Part shown: positions 18,999-27,726 of the stretch, one piece after another
How positions within the stretch are numbered: position 1 is the first letter of the stretch
How the letters are laid out: every line of letters starts with the position of its first letter
IMG/VR virus record: IMGVR_UViG_3300008108_000011
Coordinates: 64,001-128,000 of that record
Origin: a virus
DNA: 64,000 nt
Direction: 5' to 3' (one strand)
The notes under the pieces: generated by a model
Seen by the model: the letters and a program-made list of their open reading frames with translations, nothing else
Told to the model about the DNA's origin: nothing
The model's database searches: none
Translations under genes and position numbers: made by a program

Positions 18999-19230
18999 TC
19001 TTAAACTCAGCAATGACCCCGCTAAGTTTCCTCACACTGGTTTCCCTATTCGTCTAGAATACAAAGACGGCAACGACAAGAAAACCTGCTGGTTTCAATG
19101 CTACGACCACTACATTAAACATATCACACGATACAAAGTAACTGACTATGAAGCAATCACGAATGATGTGGCGCTGGTGGGCAAAAGCACTGGGGCAAAA
19201 AGCAAGCAACAAAGATCACGAAGCAGATAA
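18871..19230 (+). CDS. Basic hypothetical protein (start uncertain)
   Basis: Only frame that covers the 18999-19147 gap; NDPAKFPHTGFPIRLEYKDG..KTCWFQC. Confidence 0.5.
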   Translation: MPATKSAKNTRAIAKAETDQNWGKLTKQKKDTKIPTPTQQECSLKLSNDPAKFPHTGFPIRLEYKDGNDKKTCWFQCYDHYIKHITRYKVTDYEAITNDVALVGKSTGAKSKQQRSRSR

Positions 19231-19474
19231 GGTTGCTATCATTCGCACTATTATCTTCGCTACATATCTTGTTACCAACTGCTTTATTGTAGCTGGTGTA
19301 ATCAGGCACTGGAATGACAAACAAACTATTAACATTGAAATCTATGAAACTCCAAACTATTCCGAAGTCTTACACTCAGAAGGATGGAACAATCTGGGAG
19401 TGGCAAGAAACACCAGAGTTGAGGGCGTATATCACTCAGCAACAATCAAAAATCGCAATGGTGAATTTGAATGA
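19148..19474 (+). CDS. Hypothetical membrane protein
   Basis: WRWWAKALG..., hydrophobic IIRTIIFATYLVTNCFIVAGVI. Confidence 0.6.
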   Translation: MKQSRMMWRWWAKALGQKASNKDHEADKVAIIRTIIFATYLVTNCFIVAGVIRHWNDKQTINIEIYETPNYSEVLHSEGWNNLGVARNTRVEGVYHSATIKNRNGEFE

Positions 19475-19707
19475 ACCTCCCAAACGAGCATCCTGAAATC
19501 GCAGAACATGAATGGATTGATGATACATTCCGTGTTGAAGAGACTCGCTGGAAAACTTACAGAAGTTTTTCCAAAGATGGTAAAGAACTCGTCACCTCAT
19601 TACAGCGAGACTCTTGTATTAATGCAACCAGATTTTACCTTAAAGGATGCCAAGAAGGTTGGGTTGCTACCCAAACATATGAGGGCACAGTAGGTGGAAA
19701 ACTCTAA
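19471..19707 (+). CDS. Hypothetical protein
   Basis: ATGA-coupled ORF. Confidence 0.65.
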   Translation: MNLPNEHPEIAEHEWIDDTFRVEETRWKTYRSFSKDGKELVTSLQRDSCINATRFYLKGCQEGWVATQTYEGTVGGKL

Positions 19708-19861
19708 AGATTACCCATACCATGAGCTAGACCCAACTACGCCATGGTATGAGTTTTTAATGTATTGTGAGATTTGTCATCAGTTGGGAGTTAAAGACCA
19801 ACCTAAGTTGGGCAGATATCATGCATATCGTAGGTATTTAAAATACATGGGAATTATATAA
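19694..19861 (+). CDS. Small hypothetical protein (55 aa, GTG start)
   Basis: MENSKDYPYHELDPTTPWYEFLMYCEICHQLG...; fills the gap. Confidence 0.5.
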   Translation: MENSKDYPYHELDPTTPWYEFLMYCEICHQLGVKDQPKLGRYHAYRRYLKYMGII

Positions 19862-19937
19862 TTGTTACAAAGTGTAAAGTAAATAAAAATAAAGTATTAA
19901 GAAATCCCCATTTATCAGCAAATCCACATAAAATACT

Positions 19938-20120
19938 ATGGTAACCGCCAAAGAAACCATGACAGATCAAGAATGGAAAGAACTGACAGAAATGCGAGAT
20001 TGTATTCGCAAATCGGGTTCAGTTACTGCATTCGACAGCAAATACATGGAACATTATACTTATCTTCTTGCTAAATCTCTTCAAGGAAAAGGTGATGGAG
20101 TAGTATACAATGACCGATAA
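19938..20120 (+). CDS. Hypothetical protein
   Basis: ORF after an AT-rich spacer containing TAAATA. Confidence 0.6.
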   Translation: MVTAKETMTDQEWKELTEMRDCIRKSGSVTAFDSKYMEHYTYLLAKSLQGKGDGVVYNDR

Positions 20121-20289
20121 AGAACGCTTGACATTTCTTGAAGATAAGGTTAAAATTCTTGAGCAAGAAAATATAGAAACTACCAACGCATTATATGAGC
20201 TGGAGAATCGTCTTCAGGCACAACTTGATGCGTTGATTAATTATACTATGATGAATAGAAATTGGGAAGAACCAAATGACGTATACTGA
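20110..20289 (+). CDS. Small coiled-coil protein (59 aa)
   Basis: MTDKERLTFLEDKVKILEQENIETTNALYELENRL... Confidence 0.6.
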   Translation: MTDKERLTFLEDKVKILEQENIETTNALYELENRLQAQLDALINYTMMNRNWEEPNDVY

Positions 20290-20458
20290 AGATTCTCTCA
20301 CAGTTACTGAGAATGAAGATGGCACACTTGGAATTGAGTGGGATTCAAATGACCCAAAATATATGTTCTTAAATGAAATGACGCAAGATGAGTTGCAAAA
20401 ATATTTCACTAGGGCTCTGGAAGAATTCATTAAACAATATGAATCTACAGGATCTTAA
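20276..20458 (+). CDS. Hypothetical protein
   Basis: Packed ORF chain. Confidence 0.6.
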   Translation: MTYTEDSLTVTENEDGTLGIEWDSNDPKYMFLNEMTQDELQKYFTRALEEFIKQYESTGS

Positions 20459-20462
20459 ATAT

Positions 20463-20753
20463 ATGGCACAATATAGTGATGAAGAACTGATGCAAATGGA
20501 ATACGATGCCATGAAGAAAGAAAGAGATTCTTGGCGTCGTAACTTTGAAGAATTAAAAATTAAATATCAAGAACTTCAAAATTTATTTGTAGAGACAGAT
20601 GATGAACTTAACGAGTATCGTGATAAGTTCGTTAATGAATCTATTCAGCATGAGTATTTGAAGAATGATTATGGATATTTGATATCGGATATGGAAGAGC
20701 TAAAGAGTAGAGTATCTGTTCTTGAAGCAATGCTAAAAAATTTAAATGCCTAA
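20463..20753 (+). CDS. Coiled-coil hypothetical protein
   Basis: Heptad-rich; likely start 20463. Confidence 0.6.
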   Translation: MAQYSDEELMQMEYDAMKKERDSWRRNFEELKIKYQELQNLFVETDDELNEYRDKFVNESIQHEYLKNDYGYLISDMEELKSRVSVLEAMLKNLNA

Positions 20754-21339
20754 TATAATAGAAAGATTTTGTTTCCGAGAGATTATAACTAAGTTTGCTG
20801 GTTGTGAATCAGTGAATGATAGTTGTGTCTCTTTTGTGTATGAAATGTTAAATGATAACAATGTTCGCAAGAACAAGTTATCAATTCGTGAGGGTGTGCA
20901 ACTGAGAGATATGCACACAAATGAGACATGGTGTGAGTTGTTTGAGAAAAATGTATCTGCAATATATGATACCGCATCAGATTGGATAAAACATTCTTGG
21001 TCTATTGATGATCTATCTGATGTTGCATTTGGTATAAACAATATGTGGATCAATTATAGCCCGCCAGGTGCATATAATGTGTTACATCATCATCCACATG
21101 CAAATATATCTGGTGTTTTCTACTTGAAAGCAGAAGAAAATTCAGGTGCAATAGTATTTCCACATCCATTTCCTCATGAGCTAAGTGCATCTAGATCACA
21201 TAGAGTATATCCAGAACCAAACACAGGATTACTATTTTACAGTGGATTGCAGCACTACGTTGATGTAAATCATTCAGATGCTGATAGAATATCCGTATCA
21301 TTTAATATAATGGTAACTGATCGCTCTCATCGTTTCTGA
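20746..21339 (+). CDS. 2OG-Fe(II) oxygenase (TIGR02466-like)
   Basis: MWINYSPPGAYNVLHHHPHANISGVFYL...LQHYV...DRISVSFNI. Confidence 0.85.
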   Translation: MPNIIERFCFREIITKFAGCESVNDSCVSFVYEMLNDNNVRKNKLSIREGVQLRDMHTNETWCELFEKNVSAIYDTASDWIKHSWSIDDLSDVAFGINNMWINYSPPGAYNVLHHHPHANISGVFYLKAEENSGAIVFPHPFPHELSASRSHRVYPEPNTGLLFYSGLQHYVDVNHSDADRISVSFNIMVTDRSHRF

Positions 21340-21392
21340 TAAGTAACACTAATCGATCACCTATTGACTCCTGCCTCTGGATGCCCTATATT
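21339..21392 (+). promoter_or_regulatory. Class A early promoter
   Basis: ATAAG-N5-CTAAT-N10-TTGACT-N17-TATATT. Confidence 0.8.
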
Positions 21393-21415
21393 ACCTAGGT
21401 AATCGAGAGACACCG

Positions 21416-21541
21416 ATGCCTGACACCTACGGATTCGGCGGCGATGCTATCACCTTCCTTGGTTTGGTTGGTGTTGTATCTACGCTGATCATTGTTGTTA
21501 CTTCTTTCCGACGCTACTACAATTCTCCTCTTCGCAAATGA
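21416..21541 (+). CDS. Small membrane protein (41 aa)
   Basis: MPDTYGFGGDAITFLGLVGVVSTLIIVVTSFRRYYNSPLRK directly after the promoter. Confidence 0.6.
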   Translation: MPDTYGFGGDAITFLGLVGVVSTLIIVVTSFRRYYNSPLRK

Positions 21542-21678
21542 CTTACGTTGTTAAACTCTACGTTGGTGGTAAAGTCTTTGATGAAGAAGTTATTGCCACC
21601 AACCCACAAGATGCGCGTGAAACTGCACTTGCTCGCAATCCAAAAGCTAAAATCGTTGGTGTTAATGTGAAGTTCTAA
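21538..21678 (+). CDS. Small hypothetical protein (46 aa)
   Basis: MTYVVKLYVGGKVFDEEVIATNPQDARETALARNPKAKIVGVNVKF; ATGA-coupled. Confidence 0.6.
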   Translation: MTYVVKLYVGGKVFDEEVIATNPQDARETALARNPKAKIVGVNVKF

Positions 21679-21769
21679 TGAACATTGTTGACCTTTCACT
21701 GCTTGCCACCTTTGTTCTTTTAGTGGGTGGCATTGTGTTTTTCTTCAAAGCAATTTACCGTTAATCATC

Positions 21770-22159
21770 ATGGCAACTCGCTCTCGCATTGGTATTCAAC
21801 TCGCTGACGAATCTGTGCTCTCAGTGTATCACCATTGGGATGGTTACCCTGAGTGGCTGGGTCGCATTCTTCGCACTCATTACAACACCAAAGAGAAAGC
21901 TGCTGAACTCATTGATGGTGGCGACATGAGTGTTGCTTGGAATGATGATCATCAACCAGAGTATTATTCTGCTCGTGGTGAAGATTGCCCTCCTCGCCTT
22001 GATGAAAACAAATATGGTTATCTGTGTGGTAACAACTCTGGTGAAGAGTATGCTTACCTGTTTGTAAACAACGAGTGGGTGTGCTATAATCTTCACCTGT
22101 TTGAAGAAAACACTATGCCTACTGTCGCTGAAATCCCTACTGGTGCCCTTGCTGTTTAA
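21770..22159 (+). CDS. Hypothetical protein
   Basis: MATRSRIG...SVYHHWDGYPEWLG. Confidence 0.75.
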   Translation: MATRSRIGIQLADESVLSVYHHWDGYPEWLGRILRTHYNTKEKAAELIDGGDMSVAWNDDHQPEYYSARGEDCPPRLDENKYGYLCGNNSGEEYAYLFVNNEWVCYNLHLFEENTMPTVAEIPTGALAV

Positions 22160-22174
22160 TTTTTGAGGTAAATT

Positions 22175-22588
22175 ATGACTCGTTACAAGGATCCTAACAC
22201 TTCTGTTGCTATTGTTTTTGGTTCTGGATTTTTAGTTGTGGTTACTCTACTGTTTTTCGGTGGCCCACAATATAATGTTTGGCAACAATCGCTAGCTGGT
22301 AAAGCAGAACTTCAGAAAGCAGAATATACTCGTCAGGTAGCAGTGTTGGAAGCACAAGCAAAGAAAGATAGTGCTCAACAACTTGCTGAAGCAGAAGTGA
22401 TTCGTGCTCAAGGTGTTGCCAAAGCAAACCAAATCATCGGTGATAGTCTGAAAGATAATCGTGAATATCTTCAGTATCTGTATATCACTGGTATTGAAGA
22501 TGGCGCTAAGAATGGTAACGTGACCATCTATGTTCCGACTGAAGGTGGAATGCCTGTTCCTACTCTGTCATACGATAAGCAACGCTAA
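22175..22588 (+). CDS. Membrane-anchored coiled-coil protein (SPFH/Band-7 C-terminal-like)
   Basis: N-terminal TM helix, AEAEVIRAQGVAKANQIIGDSL...YLQYLYI. Confidence 0.65.
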   Translation: MTRYKDPNTSVAIVFGSGFLVVVTLLFFGGPQYNVWQQSLAGKAELQKAEYTRQVAVLEAQAKKDSAQQLAEAEVIRAQGVAKANQIIGDSLKDNREYLQYLYITGIEDGAKNGNVTIYVPTEGGMPVPTLSYDKQR

Positions 22589-22629
22589 TCAATCAGGGGG
22601 TTGACCCCCTCCCCTTTTTCCCCTATACT
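22575..22629 (+). promoter_or_regulatory. Class A early promoter
   Basis: ATAAG-N5-CTAAT-N11-TTGACC-N17-TATACT; -35 lies in the loop of hairpin AGGGGG/CCCCCT. Confidence 0.8.
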
Positions 22630-22647
22630 ACTAAGGTAATCAAAGGA

Positions 22648-22821
22648 ATGGCATTGAACTACTTCAACACCAACATTGTTGCTCGTCACGATGATATCAT
22701 GACTCTGAATGCTTGGCAGGTTGATTTCTTCAACATGATACTCAATTTTCCTTGGTTGAATGATGCCGAGCGTGACTTCTACGAGGATGAAATGGCATCC
22801 TATCTTTGCTACGACGTTTGA
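22648..22821 (+). CDS. Small hypothetical protein (57 aa)
   Basis: AAGGA SD, first ORF after the promoter. Confidence 0.55.
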   Translation: MALNYFNTNIVARHDDIMTLNAWQVDFFNMILNFPWLNDAERDFYEDEMASYLCYDV

Positions 22822-22853
22822 TTCTTTTCCAAAACACTTCGCTTTTTTTTATT

Positions 22854-23027
22854 ATGACTAACCAACTGATGATTTCCATGCTCAAGCAAGCTAACACTGG
22901 CGAGGAAATGCTGAATGTTCTTGATGCTATCACTAGTGTTGATGAAGAAAAAGAAACTGTTGCGTTTGCTATGATGCCTAGTTCTGGTATGATTCTCAAC
23001 CACAAGGGTGAAGAAGTAGTGTTCTGA
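22854..23027 (+). CDS. Small hypothetical protein
   Basis: MTNQLMISMLKQANTGEEMLNVLDAI; likely start 22854. Confidence 0.55.
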   Translation: MTNQLMISMLKQANTGEEMLNVLDAITSVDEEKETVAFAMMPSSGMILNHKGEEVVF

Positions 23028-23042
23028 TTTATTAACATGGGG

Positions 23043-23071
23043 TTGCCAGATCCCCTCAAAACTGGTATAAT
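23043..23071 (+). promoter_or_regulatory. Sigma70-type promoter followed by a 5' hairpin
   Basis: TTGCCA-N17-TATAAT; TGCTCAAA/TTTGAGCA stem at 23079..23105. Confidence 0.7.
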
Positions 23072-23128
23072 ACTCTCATGCTCAAAGCGAATTGCAATTT
23101 GAGCAACCACATTATTTAATTAAACACA

Positions 23129-24178
23129 ATGAAAAAAGTTAAATTTGTTCCTGGTCAAGACTTTGATGTGACAAGTCTTGAAGTAACTGCAGAGGATGGC
23201 CCTACTCTGCGTCTCCTTGAATTTAAAGGATTTAGTGTTCGACGAGTAGATGAGATTGAAGTCTCAAAGTGTAACGCTCCTCGTAAGACAGAATATACTC
23301 ATGGGAATGTTGATGTTCTTGAAGGTTCGATGAAAGAAGGTTGGGCAGTTAAACTGTGGCCTCTTGCTATCTTCCGTTCTGCTGATGGCACTGAAGTATT
23401 GTTTGATGGTCGCCACACTCTTCGTGCTATGAAGAACATTGGAGTTTATTCTGCTCCTGTTGCTATCTATGAGCGTGCGGTGACAGGTAATCCTGTGCTG
23501 GATTCTATGTCTGATGAAACTGCACTGGGTTTGATGGGTCTGTTTATCAACGCTACTGAGGGTGGATATGTAAACGCTGTTCAGTGTGATTTCACTCGCA
23601 TGATTTCTGCAGCGTGTGCTGATGAATCTATCCCTCTCACCAACAAGAATGTTCGTCTGCTGATGGATATTTGTGGCGTGAATATTCGTTATAACCATAA
23701 ACCAACTGTTACAGCTATCTATAACGCAATCACCAACCAAACAACTTCATCTGTGCGCGTGTTCAATACTACGAAAGAAGAAGTGAAGAAGTATATTACT
23801 GACAACCCGTTCTTTGGTTATAACAACACTTCTGATGAAGATGGTGTAACTCTTCGCACGAAGATCATCGACCACCAGTTTAACTATCGCTACGCTGGTG
23901 ATATTCTTCGATGGTATTTCGAGTCTGAGAATGGTCTTCGTGTTGCTGTTTCCAGCAAGGCAGGAGATGAGAAGAAAATCGAAGACGAACGCGAAGAGAT
24001 CTTGTCTTATATTGAAGAGATTTATCTCAACAATGCCAAGCATTATGCATCTCGTTTGCGTGAGAAATTTGGTTCTCTGATTAACCTTCCCGAACCTTCT
24101 CTCGATGACTTGAATGGTCTTGAACTTTGGGGAATTCCTCAAATTGAAGGAGAAAATGCATCAGTTCAGCTCTTCTGA
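23129..24178 (+). CDS. Hypothetical protein with ParB/Srx-like N-terminal motif
   Basis: P..IF.....EVLFDGRHTLRAM resembles the ParB-N DGxHR motif. Confidence 0.5.
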   Translation: MKKVKFVPGQDFDVTSLEVTAEDGPTLRLLEFKGFSVRRVDEIEVSKCNAPRKTEYTHGNVDVLEGSMKEGWAVKLWPLAIFRSADGTEVLFDGRHTLRAMKNIGVYSAPVAIYERAVTGNPVLDSMSDETALGLMGLFINATEGGYVNAVQCDFTRMISAACADESIPLTNKNVRLLMDICGVNIRYNHKPTVTAIYNAITNQTTSSVRVFNTTKEEVKKYITDNPFFGYNNTSDEDGVTLRTKIIDHQFNYRYAGDILRWYFESENGLRVAVSSKAGDEKKIEDEREEILSYIEEIYLNNAKHYASRLREKFGSLINLPEPSLDDLNGLELWGIPQIEGENASVQLF

Positions 24179-24186
24179 TCTATAGC

Positions 24187-24241
24187 ATAAGCAACGCTAA
24201 TGGGCAGGGGTCTTGACGATCCCTGCTTTTTCCTGTATATT
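24187..24241 (+). promoter_or_regulatory. Class A early promoter
   Basis: ATAAG-N5-CTAAT-N11-TTGACG-N17-TATATT; -35 lies in the loop of GCAGGG/CCCTGC followed by a T-run. Confidence 0.8.
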
Positions 24242-24263
24242 ATATTTGTTGAAACGACACGGC

Positions 24264-25514
24264 ATGAAACTTCGCTCTCACCAACCTCGCACCATTGCCG
24301 CCATGCAGAAAGCATGTAAAGGCATTGTAATTCAACCTACGGGTGCTGGCAAGACTCTAGAGCAGATTCTGCACTTGCAGGGGCGTCTAGATGCCTCTCA
24401 GAGCGGTCTTACTGCAGTAATTGTTGCTCCGCGTCTGCTCCTGTGTAATCAATTGTCTGACGAATATCTGCAGGTAATTGACACCAAGAAGGTTCACATT
24501 TTGCACGTTCACTCTGGTGAAACGCACCACTTCAGCAGCACCAAATCTGATACGATTGCACTGTTCAACAATACTGCTCGTGCTGCTGGTGAGTCTTGCC
24601 TGATCTTCACCACCTATCATTCTCTGCATCGTATTGTTGATGCTGGTATTGATATTGATGTTGCTTACTTCGATGAAGCACACAATGCTACCAGCAAGCA
24701 ATTCTTTCCCAAGACTGCTATGGTATCTGAGATGGCAAACAACTGCTATTTCTTTACTGCAACGCCTCGTCATTCTAAGAATCCGAAAGGTCGTGGCATG
24801 AACAACTCTCTGGTGTTTGGTGATGTGATTGAGATCACGCCTGCACAGGAACTGATTGAGTCTGGTAGCATCATTCCTCCCTCGATTCAGATTCACGAAC
24901 AACCTGCAGTTGCTCGCACTAAAGCTAACGCTCACGAGTGTGATGCCAACACTGTGCTGGAGATTGTAGACAATCTCGATGCTGAGTCTGGGCAGAAAGT
25001 TCTGATCGCTGCACCATCCTCCAAGATCATTTGGAACATGGTTGCTGCTACTGCACTGCTGCAGGATCTATCTGAGCGTGGTTACGATGTGATGCACATC
25101 ACTGCTAAGCACGGTGCCTACGTTAACAAAACCAAAGTGAACCGTGAGGTATTCTTTGACACGCTGACTGCATGGGGCAAAGACCCCAACCGTAAGTTTG
25201 TGGTGTTTCACTATAGCATTCTGTCTGAGGGTATCAATGTTCCTGGTCTGACGCATTGTGTGCTGCTTCGTAACCTCAACATTGTGGAGATGGCACAAAC
25301 CATTGGTCGTGTAATCCGCATGAATGTGGATGATGCGCGTGATATTGCGGAAGGCAAACTCACTGCTGGTGACCTGGGTAACTATCGCAAACCGTTTGGT
25401 TTCGTGACTGTGCCCATCTACGGTAACTATGGCGCACAGATTCAGAAGCGTCTGCAGAATGTTGTAGATGCTATCTTCGTCAAGGGTGTGCCGCCCACTT
25501 CCATTATTGCATGA
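24264..25514 (+). CDS. Superfamily 2 (DEAD/DEAH-like) helicase
   Basis: LRSHQ; PTGAGKT; VAPRLLLCNQL; YFDEAHN; FTATP; LSEGINVPGL; QTIGRVIR; likely start 24264. Confidence 0.9.
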   Translation: MKLRSHQPRTIAAMQKACKGIVIQPTGAGKTLEQILHLQGRLDASQSGLTAVIVAPRLLLCNQLSDEYLQVIDTKKVHILHVHSGETHHFSSTKSDTIALFNNTARAAGESCLIFTTYHSLHRIVDAGIDIDVAYFDEAHNATSKQFFPKTAMVSEMANNCYFFTATPRHSKNPKGRGMNNSLVFGDVIEITPAQELIESGSIIPPSIQIHEQPAVARTKANAHECDANTVLEIVDNLDAESGQKVLIAAPSSKIIWNMVAATALLQDLSERGYDVMHITAKHGAYVNKTKVNREVFFDTLTAWGKDPNRKFVVFHYSILSEGINVPGLTHCVLLRNLNIVEMAQTIGRVIRMNVDDARDIAEGKLTAGDLGNYRKPFGFVTVPIYGNYGAQIQKRLQNVVDAIFVKGVPPTSIIA

Positions 25515-25599
25515 GTGTCAAGGGGCGGCAGCATGACCTGTTGCCCCATCCCTGCAGCCAGATCACCGAAAAAATCAAAAGTATAATATAGGAGACACA

Positions 25600-25815
25600 A
25601 TGATCACCAAAGATGGATATGCAGCAGTGCCATGGGGCACCAGATACGTTATACTTTACAATGGAGAGCAGATTTCAGACGTTGCGACGGCGGAAGAGGC
25701 GGTAGCATACATTCGAAATGCTCAAAAAAGCACGAATCAAAAGCAGCCCCGATCGACCACCCCCAAGACCCATAAGAAAAGCAAATCGAAAGGGCGCTTG
25801 ACACTCGACCCCTGA
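25600..25815 (+). CDS. Hypothetical basic protein
   Basis: AGGAG SD, TATAAT at 25582. Confidence 0.65.
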   Translation: MITKDGYAAVPWGTRYVILYNGEQISDVATAEEAVAYIRNAQKSTNQKQPRSTTPKTHKKSKSKGRLTLDP

Positions 25816-25826
25816 TCCCCTATACT
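25772..25826 (+). promoter_or_regulatory. Class A early promoter
   Basis: ATAAG-N5-CAAAT-N11-TTGACA-N17-TATACT; shares 24 bp CCCCTATACTACTAAGGTAATCAA with the 22620 promoter. Confidence 0.8.
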
Positions 25827-25851
25827 ACTAAGGTAATCAACGGAACACCCT

Positions 25852-26124
25852 ATGACTGACTATCTGCTCATCACCTTCGGTCCTGCTGAAGATGTAGAGC
25901 GTAACGGTTGGTATAACTGCAAAGAGCGTTTTAATTACAAAGGCGCTGCTATTCGCAAAGGTCTTGATTCTCTTTGCATTGGTGGTTGTTTTGGTTATGT
26001 TGTGATTGAAGAGGGTGAAGATTGGTGGGAAATTGTTGATGAGTCTGGCACTGAGAATGCTAGCATCACTGCTAATCGCTTCACTTTCACTGTTCAACCT
26101 GCTCCCAAACTGGTGATGGTCTGA
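25852..26124 (+). CDS. Hypothetical protein
   Basis: First ORF after the promoter. Confidence 0.65.
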   Translation: MTDYLLITFGPAEDVERNGWYNCKERFNYKGAAIRKGLDSLCIGGCFGYVVIEEGEDWWEIVDESGTENASITANRFTFTVQPAPKLVMV

Positions 26125-26285
26125 TGAGAACCACTTACATTTTCCTTGTCTTTATTGGCATTTTGATGTATAATGTTTTTCTGATTCAACGTGATCAAAA
26201 AATGTTTGAAGCATACGATAAAGCGTGTGCTACACTACCTCAACCTCACCCTGATTGTCACTATGCAAAACAACAACCTCGATGA
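26124..26285 (+). CDS. Small membrane protein (53 aa)
   Basis: MRTTYIFLVFIGILMYNVFLIQRDQKMFEAYDKAC...; TGATG coupling. Confidence 0.55.
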   Translation: MRTTYIFLVFIGILMYNVFLIQRDQKMFEAYDKACATLPQPHPDCHYAKQQPR

Positions 26286-26409
26286 TGCTTTACTCGATAT
26301 TGATGAATATCGTGAGAAAGAATTGATTGATTACTATGTGGAAGATCTAGAGCGTCTTGCTGCAGAAGCACAAGTGACTGTAGATTATTACATTGCAGAG
26401 TTTGTATGA
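26263..26409 (+). CDS. Small acidic protein
   Basis: ...YVEDLERLAAEAQVTVDYYIAEFV. Confidence 0.55.
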   Translation: MQNNNLDDALLDIDEYREKELIDYYVEDLERLAAEAQVTVDYYIAEFV

Positions 26410-26561
26410 ACACACTCTCGATTCCTAATCTTCTTTATGAAGAATTGATCATGCTACAGGATATCATGGTGATGCTCGACAAATCTGATTTTGCATCAAA
26501 TCTAGATCCTACAGAGCGTGAGATCTTCAATGACCTTTACACTAAGATCATTCAATCATAA
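26406..26561 (+). CDS. Small hypothetical protein (51 aa)
   Basis: ATGA and TAATG coupling. Confidence 0.55.
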   Translation: MNTLSIPNLLYEELIMLQDIMVMLDKSDFASNLDPTEREIFNDLYTKIIQS

Positions 26562-26779
26562 TGGATAAAGTATCACACTGCCCAGCATGTAATAGTTTAT
26601 GGCATACGCTAGCTATACCTGAGCATTTACATGATCAGTATTCTCCACCATACTATTACAGCACAGTGATTGCTGTTCAATCATGGGAGACAGATCGCAC
26701 ACATTACTATTTGTGTCCTGATTGCGGAACCAAATTTGACCTTTGCGGAACTGTTAAGAACGATGACGCCAACGCTTGA
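26561..26779 (+). CDS. Zinc-ribbon protein
   Basis: CPAC...CPDC. Confidence 0.65.
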   Translation: MDKVSHCPACNSLWHTLAIPEHLHDQYSPPYYYSTVIAVQSWETDRTHYYLCPDCGTKFDLCGTVKNDDANA

Positions 26780-26780
26780 C

Positions 26781-27080
26781 ATGAGCTGGCATCCCTGGTA
26801 TGATGCTCTCAGTTCAGACAAACCAATGATCGACAACAACAGCGGTATTCTCTACCAACGCAACTTCAAAGAGTTGGTATGGTATCAAGAGTATATCTAT
26901 CAGAATGGTGATCTGATTGGTGAGATCTTTACTAACATCGATGGTGTTGGTTACAATCTCAAGAAAGCAACAAATGTAAAAAATCTGCATGGGCAGTCTA
27001 TTGTTGTGATGGAAACGATTGCACAGTTCAATACTGTTGCAGATGCCAAAGAGTTTGTTAATCAAGCAGGAGGTCTTTGA
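26781..27080 (+). CDS. Hypothetical protein
   Basis: Likely start 26781 (MSWHPWYD...). Confidence 0.55.
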   Translation: MSWHPWYDALSSDKPMIDNNSGILYQRNFKELVWYQEYIYQNGDLIGEIFTNIDGVGYNLKKATNVKNLHGQSIVVMETIAQFNTVADAKEFVNQAGGL

Positions 27081-27311
27081 TGACTAACAAGATTGTTGAT
27101 TTATTGATCCTTGAATTGAAACTCTATATAGAGGGTCATACAGCAGCATCCATTTCAATTGAAAACTATCGCCGTGGTATTGCCACGCTCTACAAATGAT
27201 TACTACTATCATGGCTGCATTTGCGTTTGGTTATTGTGTCACTGATATTATTCAAAACTATCGTGCCAACAAACGCATCGAACAATTTGTCAAAGATCTG
27301 GAGAAACCCGA

Positions 27312-27515
27312 ATGATCACTCTACAAACCATCAATCCCACCACCTATAAAGTGGTTCTTCAAACCGAAGATCTTACTGAAGAAGAGCGCACTAAACTGAT
27401 CAGAAAGCGTGACTTCTTCCCTGCTGAGTTTGTTCACGCACTCATTGATCTTCTCCCACCTGATCAAACATTTGACACATACGATCACTATAACATGACT
27501 CTATATGTCAAATGA
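27312..27515 (+). CDS. Hypothetical protein
   Basis: Packed ORF chain. Confidence 0.6.
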   Translation: MITLQTINPTTYKVVLQTEDLTEEERTKLIRKRDFFPAEFVHALIDLLPPDQTFDTYDHYNMTLYVK

Positions 27516-27726
27516 ACAGCAATACAATGAATTAATCGATTGGGCGGGGGATCGTATAGATCTCCTGCTCTCTCGTAGTAAAGCATGTAAAACATCACAA
27601 CGTAAAACAACACATAGACTGAACGCACAAGCATTAGAAGAAGAGTTCTTTGATTGGTTCGCTGCTAGACATTCAGACTCTACTCAAAATGTTCTCTTCA
27701 TACCCTATCATGGAAAACTATCCTAG
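27505..27726 (+). CDS. Hypothetical protein
   Basis: Packed ORF chain. Confidence 0.55.
   Translation: MSNEQQYNELIDWAGDRIDLLLSRSKACKTSQRKTTHRLNAQALEEEFFDWFAARHSDSTQNVLFIPYHGKLS

Noticed and set aside
19854-19880. GTTACAAA as an RpaB HLR1 or NtcA site
   Set aside because: Only one good half-site; spacing does not fit either consensus.
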